Below are positions 17,821 to 27,040 of a stretch of DNA of 64,000 nt, in pieces. The notes under the pieces are model-generated. The model saw only the letters and a program-made list of their open reading frames with translations. It did not search any database and was not told where the DNA came from. The stretch covers positions 84,103-148,102 of the forward strand of contig JADGCO010000001.1 in the NCBI GenBank assembly GCA_015228935.1, given 5' to 3'. The DNA comes from Magnetococcales bacterium (lineage in GTDB: Bacteria > Pseudomonadota > Magnetococcia > Magnetococcales > DC0425bin3). The number at the start of each line of letters is the position of its first letter. Position 1 is the first letter of the stretch. The position numbers were made by a program, and so were the translations under genes.

Positions 17821-19758
17821 ATGAGGTGTTGCCGCCTGGCAGGTTCCCTTCTTCCGGCATGGTCATCCATCCTGTTTTGTTGCAGCTTGTTGGTGGCGGG
17901 ATCCGCCATTGCCGAATCCGTCCCGGAAGTGGCGGGATCCGCCGTTGCCGAATCCGTCCCGGCAGCGGAAAATGAACCGGTCGCCTACCGGGTCTCCTTT
18001 GTTGTGACCGGGGACCCTGCCGTGCATTCCCTGCTGGAACGGGTCTCCCTCACCTACAAAGAGATGGAATCCCCCTCCCCGTCCCTGGTCTTGCTGCGCG
18101 GCCAGACCACGGCTGACCGCAAACGGTTGTTGAAAGCGTTGCGCTCCGAGGGATATTTTGCCGCCGTGGTCAATGTCCGGTTTGCAGAGGCCAAACTCCC
18201 CGACGAACCGATCCATCTCCTGTTTGAGGTCGATTCCGGTCCTTTGTATACGTTGCATAATCCCTCAATCCAGATCCACGCAGCCAATTCTGCATCCAAC
18301 ACTCCCCTCCAAAACCAGGAACAGGGGCAAGGGCAGGAACAGGAATCCACCCATGTTCCTCCGCCACCCGAAAAACTGGGGCTGATTCAGGGAGGACCAG
18401 CCCGCAGCAATCAGGTCAGGCAGAGCGACAAGGCCTTGTTGCAGCATGCCCAGGCCCAGGGCCATCCTTTTGCGACCCTGTTGCCCCGGCGCGTGATCGT
18501 TGACCATGCCACCCATACCATGCAGGTCACACTGCATCTGCGTCCAGGACCTCGCGCCCGCATGGGAACAGTATCCTGGCAAGGGTTGCAAACCGTCAAA
18601 CCGGAATTCGTGCAGCAACAACTCCTCTGGAAGGCGGGTGATCTCTATCAACCCGCTCTGTTGGAGCGTACCCGCAACGCCTTGCTGGCCACCGGTTTGT
18701 TTGCCATGGTCGATCTGCAACCCGCCGCCGCCCTGGAAACCGATGGCTCACTTCCCGTAACCATCACCGTACAGGAACGCCTGCAACGCACCCTCTCCCT
18801 GGGAGCCGGAGTCAGTTCGGACGAGGGGCCAAAAATCAACCTCGGGTGGGAACATCGCAATCTGCAAGGCGGGGGAGAACATCTGGCAACCCAGGTCGAA
18901 TATGGCCAGGTGAGAAAGCGCTTCAAAAGCAATTTCGGCAAACCGCATTTCGGACGCCGGGATCAAACCCTCCTCATGGAACTCATCACCGAAAACGAAA
19001 ATGTCGAAGCCTATCAAAAACAATCCGTCACCCTGCAAAGCGGTCTGGAGCGCACCTACGAGCAGGGATGGCGTCTGTCATTGGGTGCCTCATACCGGTT
19101 GGCGGAGCTGTTCACGGGGGATTCTCATACGCCGGATGGAACCGGCACCTTTGGACTCGTCTCCCTGCCATTCCGGGCCACCCTGGATCACAGCGATGAT
19201 CTCCTGAACCCGACCCGGGGCTGGCGGCTCAATGCCTTTTTTTCTCCCCTCCTGGACACCCTGGAAAACGGTCACTCCTTTACAAAACTTCACCTGCAAA
19301 TCACCGGTTACCGACCGGTCACGGATGCCCCGCGCCTGGTGGTCGCCGGACGCATCAAGGCCGGCATCCTGACCGGCTCCAATCGCAGCGAAGTCCCCGT
19401 TGACGAACGCTATTATGCAGGTGGCAGCGGGTCACTCCGGGGATACGCCTATCAACTTGTCGGACCTCTGGACAGCAGCGACAAACCCCTGGGAGGACGT
19501 TCCCTCCTGGAATCATCTCTCGAAGCCCGGGTGCAGGTGCGGGAGTCCCTGGAGATGGTTCTCTTCCTGGATGAAGGAGCGGTCATGAAAAGTCCCGTCC
19601 CCAATTTTTCCGAGCGTCCCTATTTCGGGCTGGGCAGTGGCATTCGCTATTTGACACCCATTGGACCCTTGCGTCTGGATGTCGCCTTTCCCCTGGATCA
19701 GCGACCCAACATTGACAAAAGTGTCCAGCTTTCCGCCAGCATCGGTCAGGCATTTTGA
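17821..19758 (+). CDS. tamA: TamA-like Omp85-family outer-membrane protein
   Basis: Signal peptide MRCCRLAGSLL..LLVAGSAIA, POTRA-like repeats, and a C-terminal Omp85 barrel (..RYYAGGSGSLRGY.., ..GIRYLTPIGPLRLDVAFPL..). Located immediately upstream of tamB. Confidence 0.8.
   Translation: MRCCRLAGSLLPAWSSILFCCSLLVAGSAIAESVPEVAGSAVAESVPAAENEPVAYRVSFVVTGDPAVHSLLERVSLTYKEMESPSPSLVLLRGQTTADRKRLLKALRSEGYFAAVVNVRFAEAKLPDEPIHLLFEVDSGPLYTLHNPSIQIHAANSASNTPLQNQEQGQGQEQESTHVPPPPEKLGLIQGGPARSNQVRQSDKALLQHAQAQGHPFATLLPRRVIVDHATHTMQVTLHLRPGPRARMGTVSWQGLQTVKPEFVQQQLLWKAGDLYQPALLERTRNALLATGLFAMVDLQPAAALETDGSLPVTITVQERLQRTLSLGAGVSSDEGPKINLGWEHRNLQGGGEHLATQVEYGQVRKRFKSNFGKPHFGRRDQTLLMELITENENVEAYQKQSVTLQSGLERTYEQGWRLSLGASYRLAELFTGDSHTPDGTGTFGLVSLPFRATLDHSDDLLNPTRGWRLNAFFSPLLDTLENGHSFTKLHLQITGYRPVTDAPRLVVAGRIKAGILTGSNRSEVPVDERYYAGGSGSLRGYAYQLVGPLDSSDKPLGGRSLLESSLEARVQVRESLEMVLFLDEGAVMKSPVPNFSERPYFGLGSGIRYLTPIGPLRLDVAFPLDQRPNIDKSVQLSASIGQAF
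17894..17965. repeat. 36-bp tandem duplication (2 copies, 2 mismatches) just after the TamA signal peptide
   Basis: GTGGCGGGATCCGCC(A/G)TTGCCGAATCCGTCCCGG(A/C)A x2. It encodes (V)AGSA(I/V)AESVP(E/A) twice. Confidence 0.9.
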
Positions 19759-22700
19759 GACGCTTCCATCCCTTTTCCGTGCGCCATCTGGCGGGACTGT
19801 TGTTCCTGATCCTGTTGTTTTGGCTCTCCGGATCACTGTTGCACCTCCTGCGCTCGCCGGCAGGCATGACCTGGCTGGAACAGCAGCTCAACCAGCTCCT
19901 GACCCGCCACAACATTCCCATTACCCTGCAAGGCTTGCAGGGTCCTGTTCCTTTCCAGATACGCCTGGACCGTCTGGAACTCACCGATTCACAAGGAGTC
20001 TGGCTCGCCGCCCACAATCTGGAACTGCACTGGTCCGGCATGCCCCTGTGGCGGGGCGTCGTGCAAATCGACCAGGCCAGAATTGCGGAGTTGTTCTGGT
20101 ATCGGCAACCGCGCCCGGAACCGCCAGACCCCCGAACTCCCCCGCAGAACACGACCAACACCCGGAAAGATGATCCCGGCATGGGACCGTTTGCCGCTCT
20201 GATCATCAAGCAATGGGCCATCGACCAGGTACACCTGCTTCAACCCATCCCGGGTCTGCCGACCGTCGCTTCCCCGAACCAACCCAACATGTTTTCGGTA
20301 CAGGGTGCCTTGCATCTGCCGTTACCTGCGGCGGATACCTCTTCCCCCCTGCCCGGTCCAAGCTGGCGTCTGACCGCGCACCAGGACCGGCTTTTTACCG
20401 TTACCGCTCACGGCACATTGAGTTCGGATTGGCTGGCCCAGACCTCCACATTCGAAATTGATCTGCCCGATCTCACCCCCTGGAGTTCCCTTGTGCAGAC
20501 CCCGCTGGCCGGTACTGCCCGGCTGGTTCTGGACAGCAAAGGCCTCTGGCAACAGACCCAGGTCGAGGCCACCCTGGATACGCACGCCCTGCACCTGGCC
20601 AACTGGCAAGCAGAAAGCGTGCAAACCCGTCTGAGCAGCAACATTTCCCTGACCAGGGAGACCGTGCTGCCCGTCACACTCGATTTGCAAGGCACCACAG
20701 GACCCTGGCATTGGGCGGCTGCTCCGGGCTTGCCGAACGATCCCCTGACCTTTGCCCTGCGCCTGCATCTGCCGGTTGGTGCCCCCCTTCAGGTGCAAAA
20801 CCTGACCCTCCAGGGATCCCCTCTCCAATTGACAGGTCATGGCCAATTGGACCCGGCAACCGGAGTCGGATCCGGCTCCCTGGTGGCCGACCTGACCGAA
20901 GTGACCGATTGGCTGGTCATCACCACCCCATCGCACAGGAAAACAACCGGTTCCGGCAAGGAAACAACCGGTTCCGGCAAAGAAACAGCCGGTTCCAGCA
21001 AGGAGACAACCGATTCCGGCAAGGAAACTGTCGTTTCCGCCAAGGGAACAACCGGTTCCAAAAACATCGCACCCAATCCCGGCACCAGGACAACCAGTTC
21101 CACCAAGGAAAAAACTCCGGGTGGCAGGGGTCAACTCCGGGTTGATTTTTCCCTGGCTGCGGAGTTGCAGAAGTTTGATATCCATGCCCGTCTCTCCCTG
21201 CGGGAGTTGCATGATTGGCCTGCCGCCATCACGGCACTGACGGGTCCAACACCCGTCGTGGCCGCCCGTCTGACCGGAGAAGGACCCCAGCCAGGCACCC
21301 TGCGTCTGTCAGAGGCACGGGTGGACGGTGCGGCCCTGGCGATCACGGGCAACGGAGACCTGCATCTGCCGACCCGCCAATTCACGATGGATTGGCAAGG
21401 GGAGTTGCCGGATCTGCGTCCCCTGGCCCGTGTGCAGGGTCATGCCGTGGCCGGACGGATGCGCGTGCATGCCACCCTGGATGGCCACCTGGACAATCCT
21501 GCCGTCCAACTCGACATCAACGGCGAAAAACTGCTCTGGAATCGCCAACCCATTGCCCGGCTTCAGGGAAAAATCCAGGGACGGCATCTGCTGCACAAGC
21601 CCGCAGGCGACATCCACTTGACAGCCCTCTCTCCCGGTGGAGAAAGCCAGGTTGCGGCTGTTTTTCAGGTGCAGGAAAACCGGCTCGATGTGTCCCATCT
21701 GACGGTTGCCGCACCGGCGGGGACCTTGCAGGGAAACCTGCTCGCCAATCTGACAAACGGCCTGACACAAGGAAAGTTGTACGGCGCAATCACCAACCTG
21801 GCCTCTCTCACACCACTCCTGGGCGTTCCCCTGACCGGCAAGGGAACGTTACAGGTCGATCTGCAACACGCGCGGGGCGAACAACACCTGACAACCCGCC
21901 TGGATGGCCAACATTTGGCCATTCCCTGGGGATCTGCCCGGCAGGTGACCCTGGATGGCCGGGGTGAGGATCTTTGGGGCAAACCCCGCTTGCAGGGCAC
22001 CCTGACCACCACGGAGGGGCGGCGGGGGGCGCATCGTCTGGAGCATTTTCAGGTCAGTGCCGAGGGAAGCCTGCAACATCTGGCCCTGAATCTCACCGCA
22101 CGGGGCGACTTCCTGCAACCCTTCACCCTGCTTGGCTCCGGGGCCGTTTCCCTGACCCCGGCATCCAGAAAAACCCCTGCCTCTCTGGCCATGACCATCC
22201 ATCAACTTTCGGGACAACTTGGCGAGGAGGCACTGCGGCTGGCGACCCCCCTGCACATGGTGCAAGGCAAGGAAACATTCGACCTTTCTCCCGTCTCTCT
22301 CTCCCTGGGCAGTGCCCGGCTGAAGGCCCATCTCCACATGGACTCTCAGGCTGTGGCTGGCGAGATGCACGTTCAGACCCCCCTGGCCATGGCAACCCGC
22401 CATCTGGACAAACCCTGGACAGGGGTTGCCGAGGGTACCTTCCATCTGGCAGGTTCTCCACAGGAACCTCACCTGCGCGGCACCATCAACCTGCAAAAAT
22501 TGCGGGCCACCCATCCGGCCTGGACCCGGATCCCCCCCCTGGATGGCCAAATCACCCTGGGTCTGGCCGAACAACTCCTGACGATGACGGCAACCACGAC
22601 CTCATTGTCCCATGGATCCCTGTCGGCGAACGGAACCCTGCCCGTGCATCTGCAACTGCTGCCGTTTCGCTGGGAAATTGCCCCGCAGGCGGAATTGACG

Positions 22701-23978
22701 GCTGCCTTGCGGACCGATTTTCGTCTGGAACATCTGGCCACCTTCCTGGACATGCCGCAACAGGAACTGGCAGGTCGTCTGCAAGGGAATTTGCAACTTG
22801 GCGGTGCTTTCTGGCAGCCGCGTCTCACCGGCACAGTCCAGGTGAGCGAAGGCCGTTATCTGCATCTGGAAAACGGCACGGAGTTGAAAAACGTGCAACT
22901 GGAAGCCCAGGCCGACCAGCAAACCCTGACCATCACCCATCTGGCAGCCACCAGCGGCCCCGAAGGCCACATACGCGGCACGGGCCATCTGGGTCTAGCC
23001 CCGGAGACACATTTTCCCCTGCACCTGGATCTGGAGCTGACCCAAATCAGACCGGTCAACAATCGGATTGTCCACACCCTGGCCGATGGACAAATCCGGC
23101 TGCGGGGTCCCCTCCTCGCCCCCCGGATTGCCGGTGCCGTCACTCTGGGTCAAACAGAAATATTTCTGGCCAATCCGGAACCAGAAGAGCTTGACAGTAT
23201 TGCCGTCGAGGAACAGATGCAGGGGGTACCCCTGGAACAAACCAGGGTTGCGGCAGAGCGGGATGCCCCAACACCGACCCTGGATTTAACCATTTTTTCT
23301 CCAGGTCGTCTTTTCACCCGTGGCCGGGGAATCGATGTGGAGTGGTCAGGCGAAATCAAGGTGACTGGCGAAGCCGCCAATCCTGAACTGCGTGGCTTGC
23401 TGGAGATGCGGCGTGGTCAGGTCGATTTGTTGGGGCAGCGTTTTCAGGTGGTACGCGGTACCCTGAATTTTACCGGCGTGCAACCCCCCAATCCCCATGC
23501 CGACATTGAAGCCACCCTGCAACGCAAGGATCTTCAGGCCACCCTGCACATTCAGGGACCGCTTCGTTCGCCGACCCTCTCTTTTGCCAGCGACCCACCG
23601 CTCTCCCAGGATGATGTCATTTCGCACATTTTATTCGGGCGCAATACGGCCGCGATCAATCCCACCCAGGCCGCCAGTCTGGCCCTGGCCCTGCGCACCC
23701 TGAAAGATGGCAGTGGGCGTGGTTTTCTCAGCCGGTTCCAGGAGGCCATCGGCATCAACAATCTGGACTTCACCCCCGGAGAACGCCCGGAAACCGGCGT
23801 GGTCAAGGTAGGCAAATATTTGAACGACAAAATATTTCTCCAAGTGGAACGCGGCCTCGCGCCCGGCACCGGCGGTGTCTCGGTGGAAATGGACATGACC
23901 CCCAGTCTCTCCCTGAAAACCGACATGCACGAGGAAAAATCCCAGGAAATCGGCGTCAACTGGAAACATCAATACTGA
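19755..23978 (+). CDS. tamB: TamB-like translocation and assembly module protein (DUF490 C-terminus)
   Basis: 1407 aa. TTG start overlaps the tamA stop. N-terminal anchor LAGLLFLILLFWLSGSLL, long beta-rich body, and DUF490-like end ..GKYLNDKIFLQVERGL..SLSLKTD... Confidence 0.8.
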   Translation: MRRFHPFSVRHLAGLLFLILLFWLSGSLLHLLRSPAGMTWLEQQLNQLLTRHNIPITLQGLQGPVPFQIRLDRLELTDSQGVWLAAHNLELHWSGMPLWRGVVQIDQARIAELFWYRQPRPEPPDPRTPPQNTTNTRKDDPGMGPFAALIIKQWAIDQVHLLQPIPGLPTVASPNQPNMFSVQGALHLPLPAADTSSPLPGPSWRLTAHQDRLFTVTAHGTLSSDWLAQTSTFEIDLPDLTPWSSLVQTPLAGTARLVLDSKGLWQQTQVEATLDTHALHLANWQAESVQTRLSSNISLTRETVLPVTLDLQGTTGPWHWAAAPGLPNDPLTFALRLHLPVGAPLQVQNLTLQGSPLQLTGHGQLDPATGVGSGSLVADLTEVTDWLVITTPSHRKTTGSGKETTGSGKETAGSSKETTDSGKETVVSAKGTTGSKNIAPNPGTRTTSSTKEKTPGGRGQLRVDFSLAAELQKFDIHARLSLRELHDWPAAITALTGPTPVVAARLTGEGPQPGTLRLSEARVDGAALAITGNGDLHLPTRQFTMDWQGELPDLRPLARVQGHAVAGRMRVHATLDGHLDNPAVQLDINGEKLLWNRQPIARLQGKIQGRHLLHKPAGDIHLTALSPGGESQVAAVFQVQENRLDVSHLTVAAPAGTLQGNLLANLTNGLTQGKLYGAITNLASLTPLLGVPLTGKGTLQVDLQHARGEQHLTTRLDGQHLAIPWGSARQVTLDGRGEDLWGKPRLQGTLTTTEGRRGAHRLEHFQVSAEGSLQHLALNLTARGDFLQPFTLLGSGAVSLTPASRKTPASLAMTIHQLSGQLGEEALRLATPLHMVQGKETFDLSPVSLSLGSARLKAHLHMDSQAVAGEMHVQTPLAMATRHLDKPWTGVAEGTFHLAGSPQEPHLRGTINLQKLRATHPAWTRIPPLDGQITLGLAEQLLTMTATTTSLSHGSLSANGTLPVHLQLLPFRWEIAPQAELTAALRTDFRLEHLATFLDMPQQELAGRLQGNLQLGGAFWQPRLTGTVQVSEGRYLHLENGTELKNVQLEAQADQQTLTITHLAATSGPEGHIRGTGHLGLAPETHFPLHLDLELTQIRPVNNRIVHTLADGQIRLRGPLLAPRIAGAVTLGQTEIFLANPEPEELDSIAVEEQMQGVPLEQTRVAAERDAPTPTLDLTIFSPGRLFTRGRGIDVEWSGEIKVTGEAANPELRGLLEMRRGQVDLLGQRFQVVRGTLNFTGVQPPNPHADIEATLQRKDLQATLHIQGPLRSPTLSFASDPPLSQDDVISHILFGRNTAAINPTQAASLALALRTLKDGSGRGFLSRFQEAIGINNLDFTPGERPETGVVKVGKYLNDKIFLQVERGLAPGTGGVSVEMDMTPSLSLKTDMHEEKSQEIGVNWKHQY
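20938..21063. repeat. about 6 imperfect 21-bp tandem units inside tamB encoding (K/R)(E/K)TTGSG heptads
   Basis: Reads RKTTGSGKETTGSGKETAGSSKETTDSGKETVVSAKGTTGSKN. The nucleotide periodicity of 21 is visible directly. Confidence 0.85.
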
Positions 23979-24251
23979 AAAGCCCATGACAAGACAAACA
24001 GATCAAAGAATCAAGCCGGCCAAACTCCGAACATTCTGGTGGAGTCACCTTTGCGGATTTTGATGGACTGCGCGGGTCAAGTATCGGACAATCCTGAATT
24101 GCAAAAAAACACCAGGAATGCTGGAAAAAAGCGCAACTGTCCCGTCATGGACAAAGTCAGGAAAAGGCAGCCATGAACTCTGTCCGTACCAGGGTGGATG
24201 TGGAAGGGAACTGCCGGTTCATGTCGGTACCCCATCTGTCCACTTGGACCT

Positions 24252-24267
24252 TGGCACGGACCGAGCA
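24252..24267 (+). promoter_or_regulatory. candidate sigma-54 (-24/-12) promoter upstream of the radical-SAM island
   Basis: TGGCACGGACCGAGCA compared with consensus TGGCACG-N4-TTGCW. GG and GC are at the correct spacing. It lies 125 nt upstream of the ATG at 24392. Confidence 0.3.
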
Positions 24268-24391
24268 AATACGGCCTTTACAGGAACGGGGAATGTGGCA
24301 TACTCCCCCAGGGTGACCGGGAGCGGAATGCAGCAGAGAAGAGACATGATTTCATGAATGATCACAGCAAGATTATTTTCTGGAAAGCGAT

Positions 24392-25468
24392 ATGACCATC
24401 CTGGATCGTCTTGGCTATTTTGTTGGTCATGCCCGCATAATCAAACCACGGCCAAAATTGGTGATCCGCATTCTGACCGGGTACGCCAGAACCTTGTTGC
24501 TGGGCCAGACTGTGTTGCGCACCATGGAACTGGCCCTCCTGACCGAATGCAACTCCAAGTGCGACATGTGCTACGCGGCCAAGGTCAAGCAACCGGAAAA
24601 AACCTATCTGACGGTCGCGGAGTATGCCGATCTCTGGCAACAAGCCAGAAAGCTCGGAACTTTTTCTGTGCTGCTCTCCGGCGGCGAACCCACGTTACGC
24701 CGCGACATTTTGGATATCATGGCCGTTTTGGATCCGAAAAACACCATTATCGGCATGACCACCAACGCCTCTCGGCTTACTCCGGACTTCCTGCAAGCCC
24801 TCCAACAGGCTGGACTGAATACCCTGCATTTGAGCCTCGATGGTTTGGACCCAGCCACCAATGACCGAATCCGGGGCATGAAAGGCCACTTTGACATGGT
24901 TATGAATGCCATCGAAGATGCCCAATCGGCAGGATTGCATGTGTTTCTCTCCACCGTCGTCCATCACGAAGGGTTGGACAAAATGCGCGCCATGGTGGAA
25001 TTTGCCCGCAAACGCAAGGTGGGCGTGGTTTTTTCCCTGGCCTGCATTTCCGGCAATTGGGACCAGCGGGATGGGGTCCTGTTGACCGGCGAGGAGTGGC
25101 AGGAAGTGCAAGCCTTCATGCGTGCCAATCCCCACATTCGTTCCGATTGGACCATCAATTTTTCTCTGCGCCAGGAGTGTCCGGGAGGACGAGAAAAGGT
25201 CAATATTTCACCCTACGGCGATGTCATGGGATGTGGCATGAACTTCATCTCTTTTGGCAATATCCGGGAGGAACCTCTGGAGAAAATCTGGCACCGCATG
25301 CAGCAGTTTCCCTATTTCAAGGAACGCTCGCCAAACTGCCTGATCGGTGCCCATCCTGAATATATCCGGAATTATATCGCACCCATCTCCGGGCAACGTG
25401 TTCCCGTCCAGATCGACCAGCATCCAAGTTACCCGATTTCGTTGGCTGATCTGGATTCCAGGACCTGA
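24392..25468 (+). CDS. radical SAM enzyme with C-terminal SPASM/twitch-like Cys region (island gene A)
   Basis: CNSKCDMCY (CxxxCxxC), LLSGGEPTL, and C-terminal ..ECPGGREKVNISPYGDVMGCG..FGNIREEPLEKIW.. Confidence 0.85.
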   Translation: MTILDRLGYFVGHARIIKPRPKLVIRILTGYARTLLLGQTVLRTMELALLTECNSKCDMCYAAKVKQPEKTYLTVAEYADLWQQARKLGTFSVLLSGGEPTLRRDILDIMAVLDPKNTIIGMTTNASRLTPDFLQALQQAGLNTLHLSLDGLDPATNDRIRGMKGHFDMVMNAIEDAQSAGLHVFLSTVVHHEGLDKMRAMVEFARKRKVGVVFSLACISGNWDQRDGVLLTGEEWQEVQAFMRANPHIRSDWTINFSLRQECPGGREKVNISPYGDVMGCGMNFISFGNIREEPLEKIWHRMQQFPYFKERSPNCLIGAHPEYIRNYIAPISGQRVPVQIDQHPSYPISLADLDSRT

Positions 25469-25472
25469 TGCC

Positions 25473-26990
25473 ATGGCACACATTGTCATGGTACAGCCCA
25501 GCACATCCCTGACGGGATCGTTCATCCGCATGATTCCGCTGGGAATCCTCTATGCCGCCAGCCGGGTCATCCGCGATTTGCAGCTTGATGTGGCTCTGCT
25601 CGATGCACGCATCAACCCGGATCGCTGGCAACAGGACCTGGAAACGTGTCTGACCCCAGAAACCCGGATCGTCGGCTTCAGCGTGATGAGCGGTTTTTCC
25701 ATCCTCGAAAGCCTGAAGATCACCCGCTGGATTAAACAGCACCATCAAGAAATTATCGTCGTCTGGGGTGGTCCGCACCCGACCTTCAGTCCGGAAGACA
25801 CCCTGGCCGAACCCACAATAGATTTCGTCATTCGTGGCTATGGTCGTGATGCTTTCCACGATCTTGTTGCCCACGTCTGGCAACGTCCCGAAGCACCGCA
25901 AAAGGAAGATATTCAAGGGCTTGGTTGGCGCAACGAGTGGGGAGAAACCAGACTGAATCCGGAAAGCGATCAATTTGAATTCATGGATTACCAGGAAATT
26001 CCCTACCACCTCATTGCCGATTTTTCGGTCTATCGGCATATCGACGGCGACGCGATGGTCTTTCCGCTCTACAGTGTCATGGGGTGTCCCTATAAATGCG
26101 CTTTTTGCAGTACCCCGGCCCAACTGGCCGGCTTCCGGAAAAAATGGGTTCCCTATGCTACGACGGATGTTGTCAACCACATTCGTATGGTAAAGGAGCG
26201 TTTCGGGGCCAGTTATATTTATTTCATCGACGAGGACTCCTTTGTCAACCTGGCCCACGTTGAAGCCATCGTCCGGGGAGTGCGGGAGGCTGGCTTGCAA
26301 CTCAAGCTGGGTTTCAGGGGGGCCCGGGTCAATGAAATCAAGCGCATGAGCGACGATTTCCTGGAAATGCTCGTGAATGCGGGTACGAGTACCATGCATG
26401 TGGGGGTCGAATGCGGCTCAGATCGCATTCTGAACCTCATGGGAAAGCATATCACGGTGGCGGATATCCTTGAGATCAATCGCAAACTGGCACGGCATCC
26501 GCAACTGCGGATCTTTTACAATTTCATCGTCGGCTACCCCACGGAAACCTTTGAGGAGACCCGCCAGACCCGTGACCTTGTGCTGCGTCTCATGGCCGAC
26601 AACCCCTCCTGTTTCATCATTCCGCTCAACAAACCCCGACCCCTGCCACGCACCCGCCTTTATGAGCTTGCCCTCAATCATGGCTACCGACCCCCACAGA
26701 CGTTGCTGGAGTGGGGCAGTTACGATGTGGAATCATCGGATTACAATCCGGAATGGCTTTCTGCCAGCCATAACCGCTGTATCCGTATGATGTTTCTGGC
26801 CATGTATTTCATCGATAATAAAATTCACCGTCTGCACCCGCGTAACACTTTGTTTTTCAAGATTCTGCGTCTGCTCGCCCGAATCTATCGCCCCATCGCC
26901 ATGCTGCGGTTTCGTTACGGCATTCACCAGTTTCTGGTGGAAGATTGGGTGTTCCGTCTGCTCAACCGGCTCTTGCCATCCCATTATTGA
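25473..26990 (+). CDS. B12-binding (class B) radical SAM enzyme (island gene B)
   Basis: Track ORF trimmed to MAHIVMVQPS.. N-terminal Rossmann-like B12-binding domain (..IVGFSVMSGFS..IIVVWGGPHPTF..), then YSVMGCPYKCAFCSTP. Confidence 0.85.
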   Translation: MAHIVMVQPSTSLTGSFIRMIPLGILYAASRVIRDLQLDVALLDARINPDRWQQDLETCLTPETRIVGFSVMSGFSILESLKITRWIKQHHQEIIVVWGGPHPTFSPEDTLAEPTIDFVIRGYGRDAFHDLVAHVWQRPEAPQKEDIQGLGWRNEWGETRLNPESDQFEFMDYQEIPYHLIADFSVYRHIDGDAMVFPLYSVMGCPYKCAFCSTPAQLAGFRKKWVPYATTDVVNHIRMVKERFGASYIYFIDEDSFVNLAHVEAIVRGVREAGLQLKLGFRGARVNEIKRMSDDFLEMLVNAGTSTMHVGVECGSDRILNLMGKHITVADILEINRKLARHPQLRIFYNFIVGYPTETFEETRQTRDLVLRLMADNPSCFIIPLNKPRPLPRTRLYELALNHGYRPPQTLLEWGSYDVESSDYNPEWLSASHNRCIRMMFLAMYFIDNKIHRLHPRNTLFFKILRLLARIYRPIAMLRFRYGIHQFLVEDWVFRLLNRLLPSHY

Positions 26991-27040
26991 ACGAATAAGA
27001 CCTGCATGTTTCCCTCGTCACCGCCCAATCTGGAATATCG

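Noticed and set aside
19583-23987. Many 80-400-aa alternate-frame and antisense ORFs inside tamB (for example 20322..21212-, 21215..21967+, 21849..22574-, 21974..23194+)
   Set aside because: The products are Arg/Pro/Gly-rich and low-complexity. All lie within the single 1407-aa TamB frame, which has a conserved DUF490 end.
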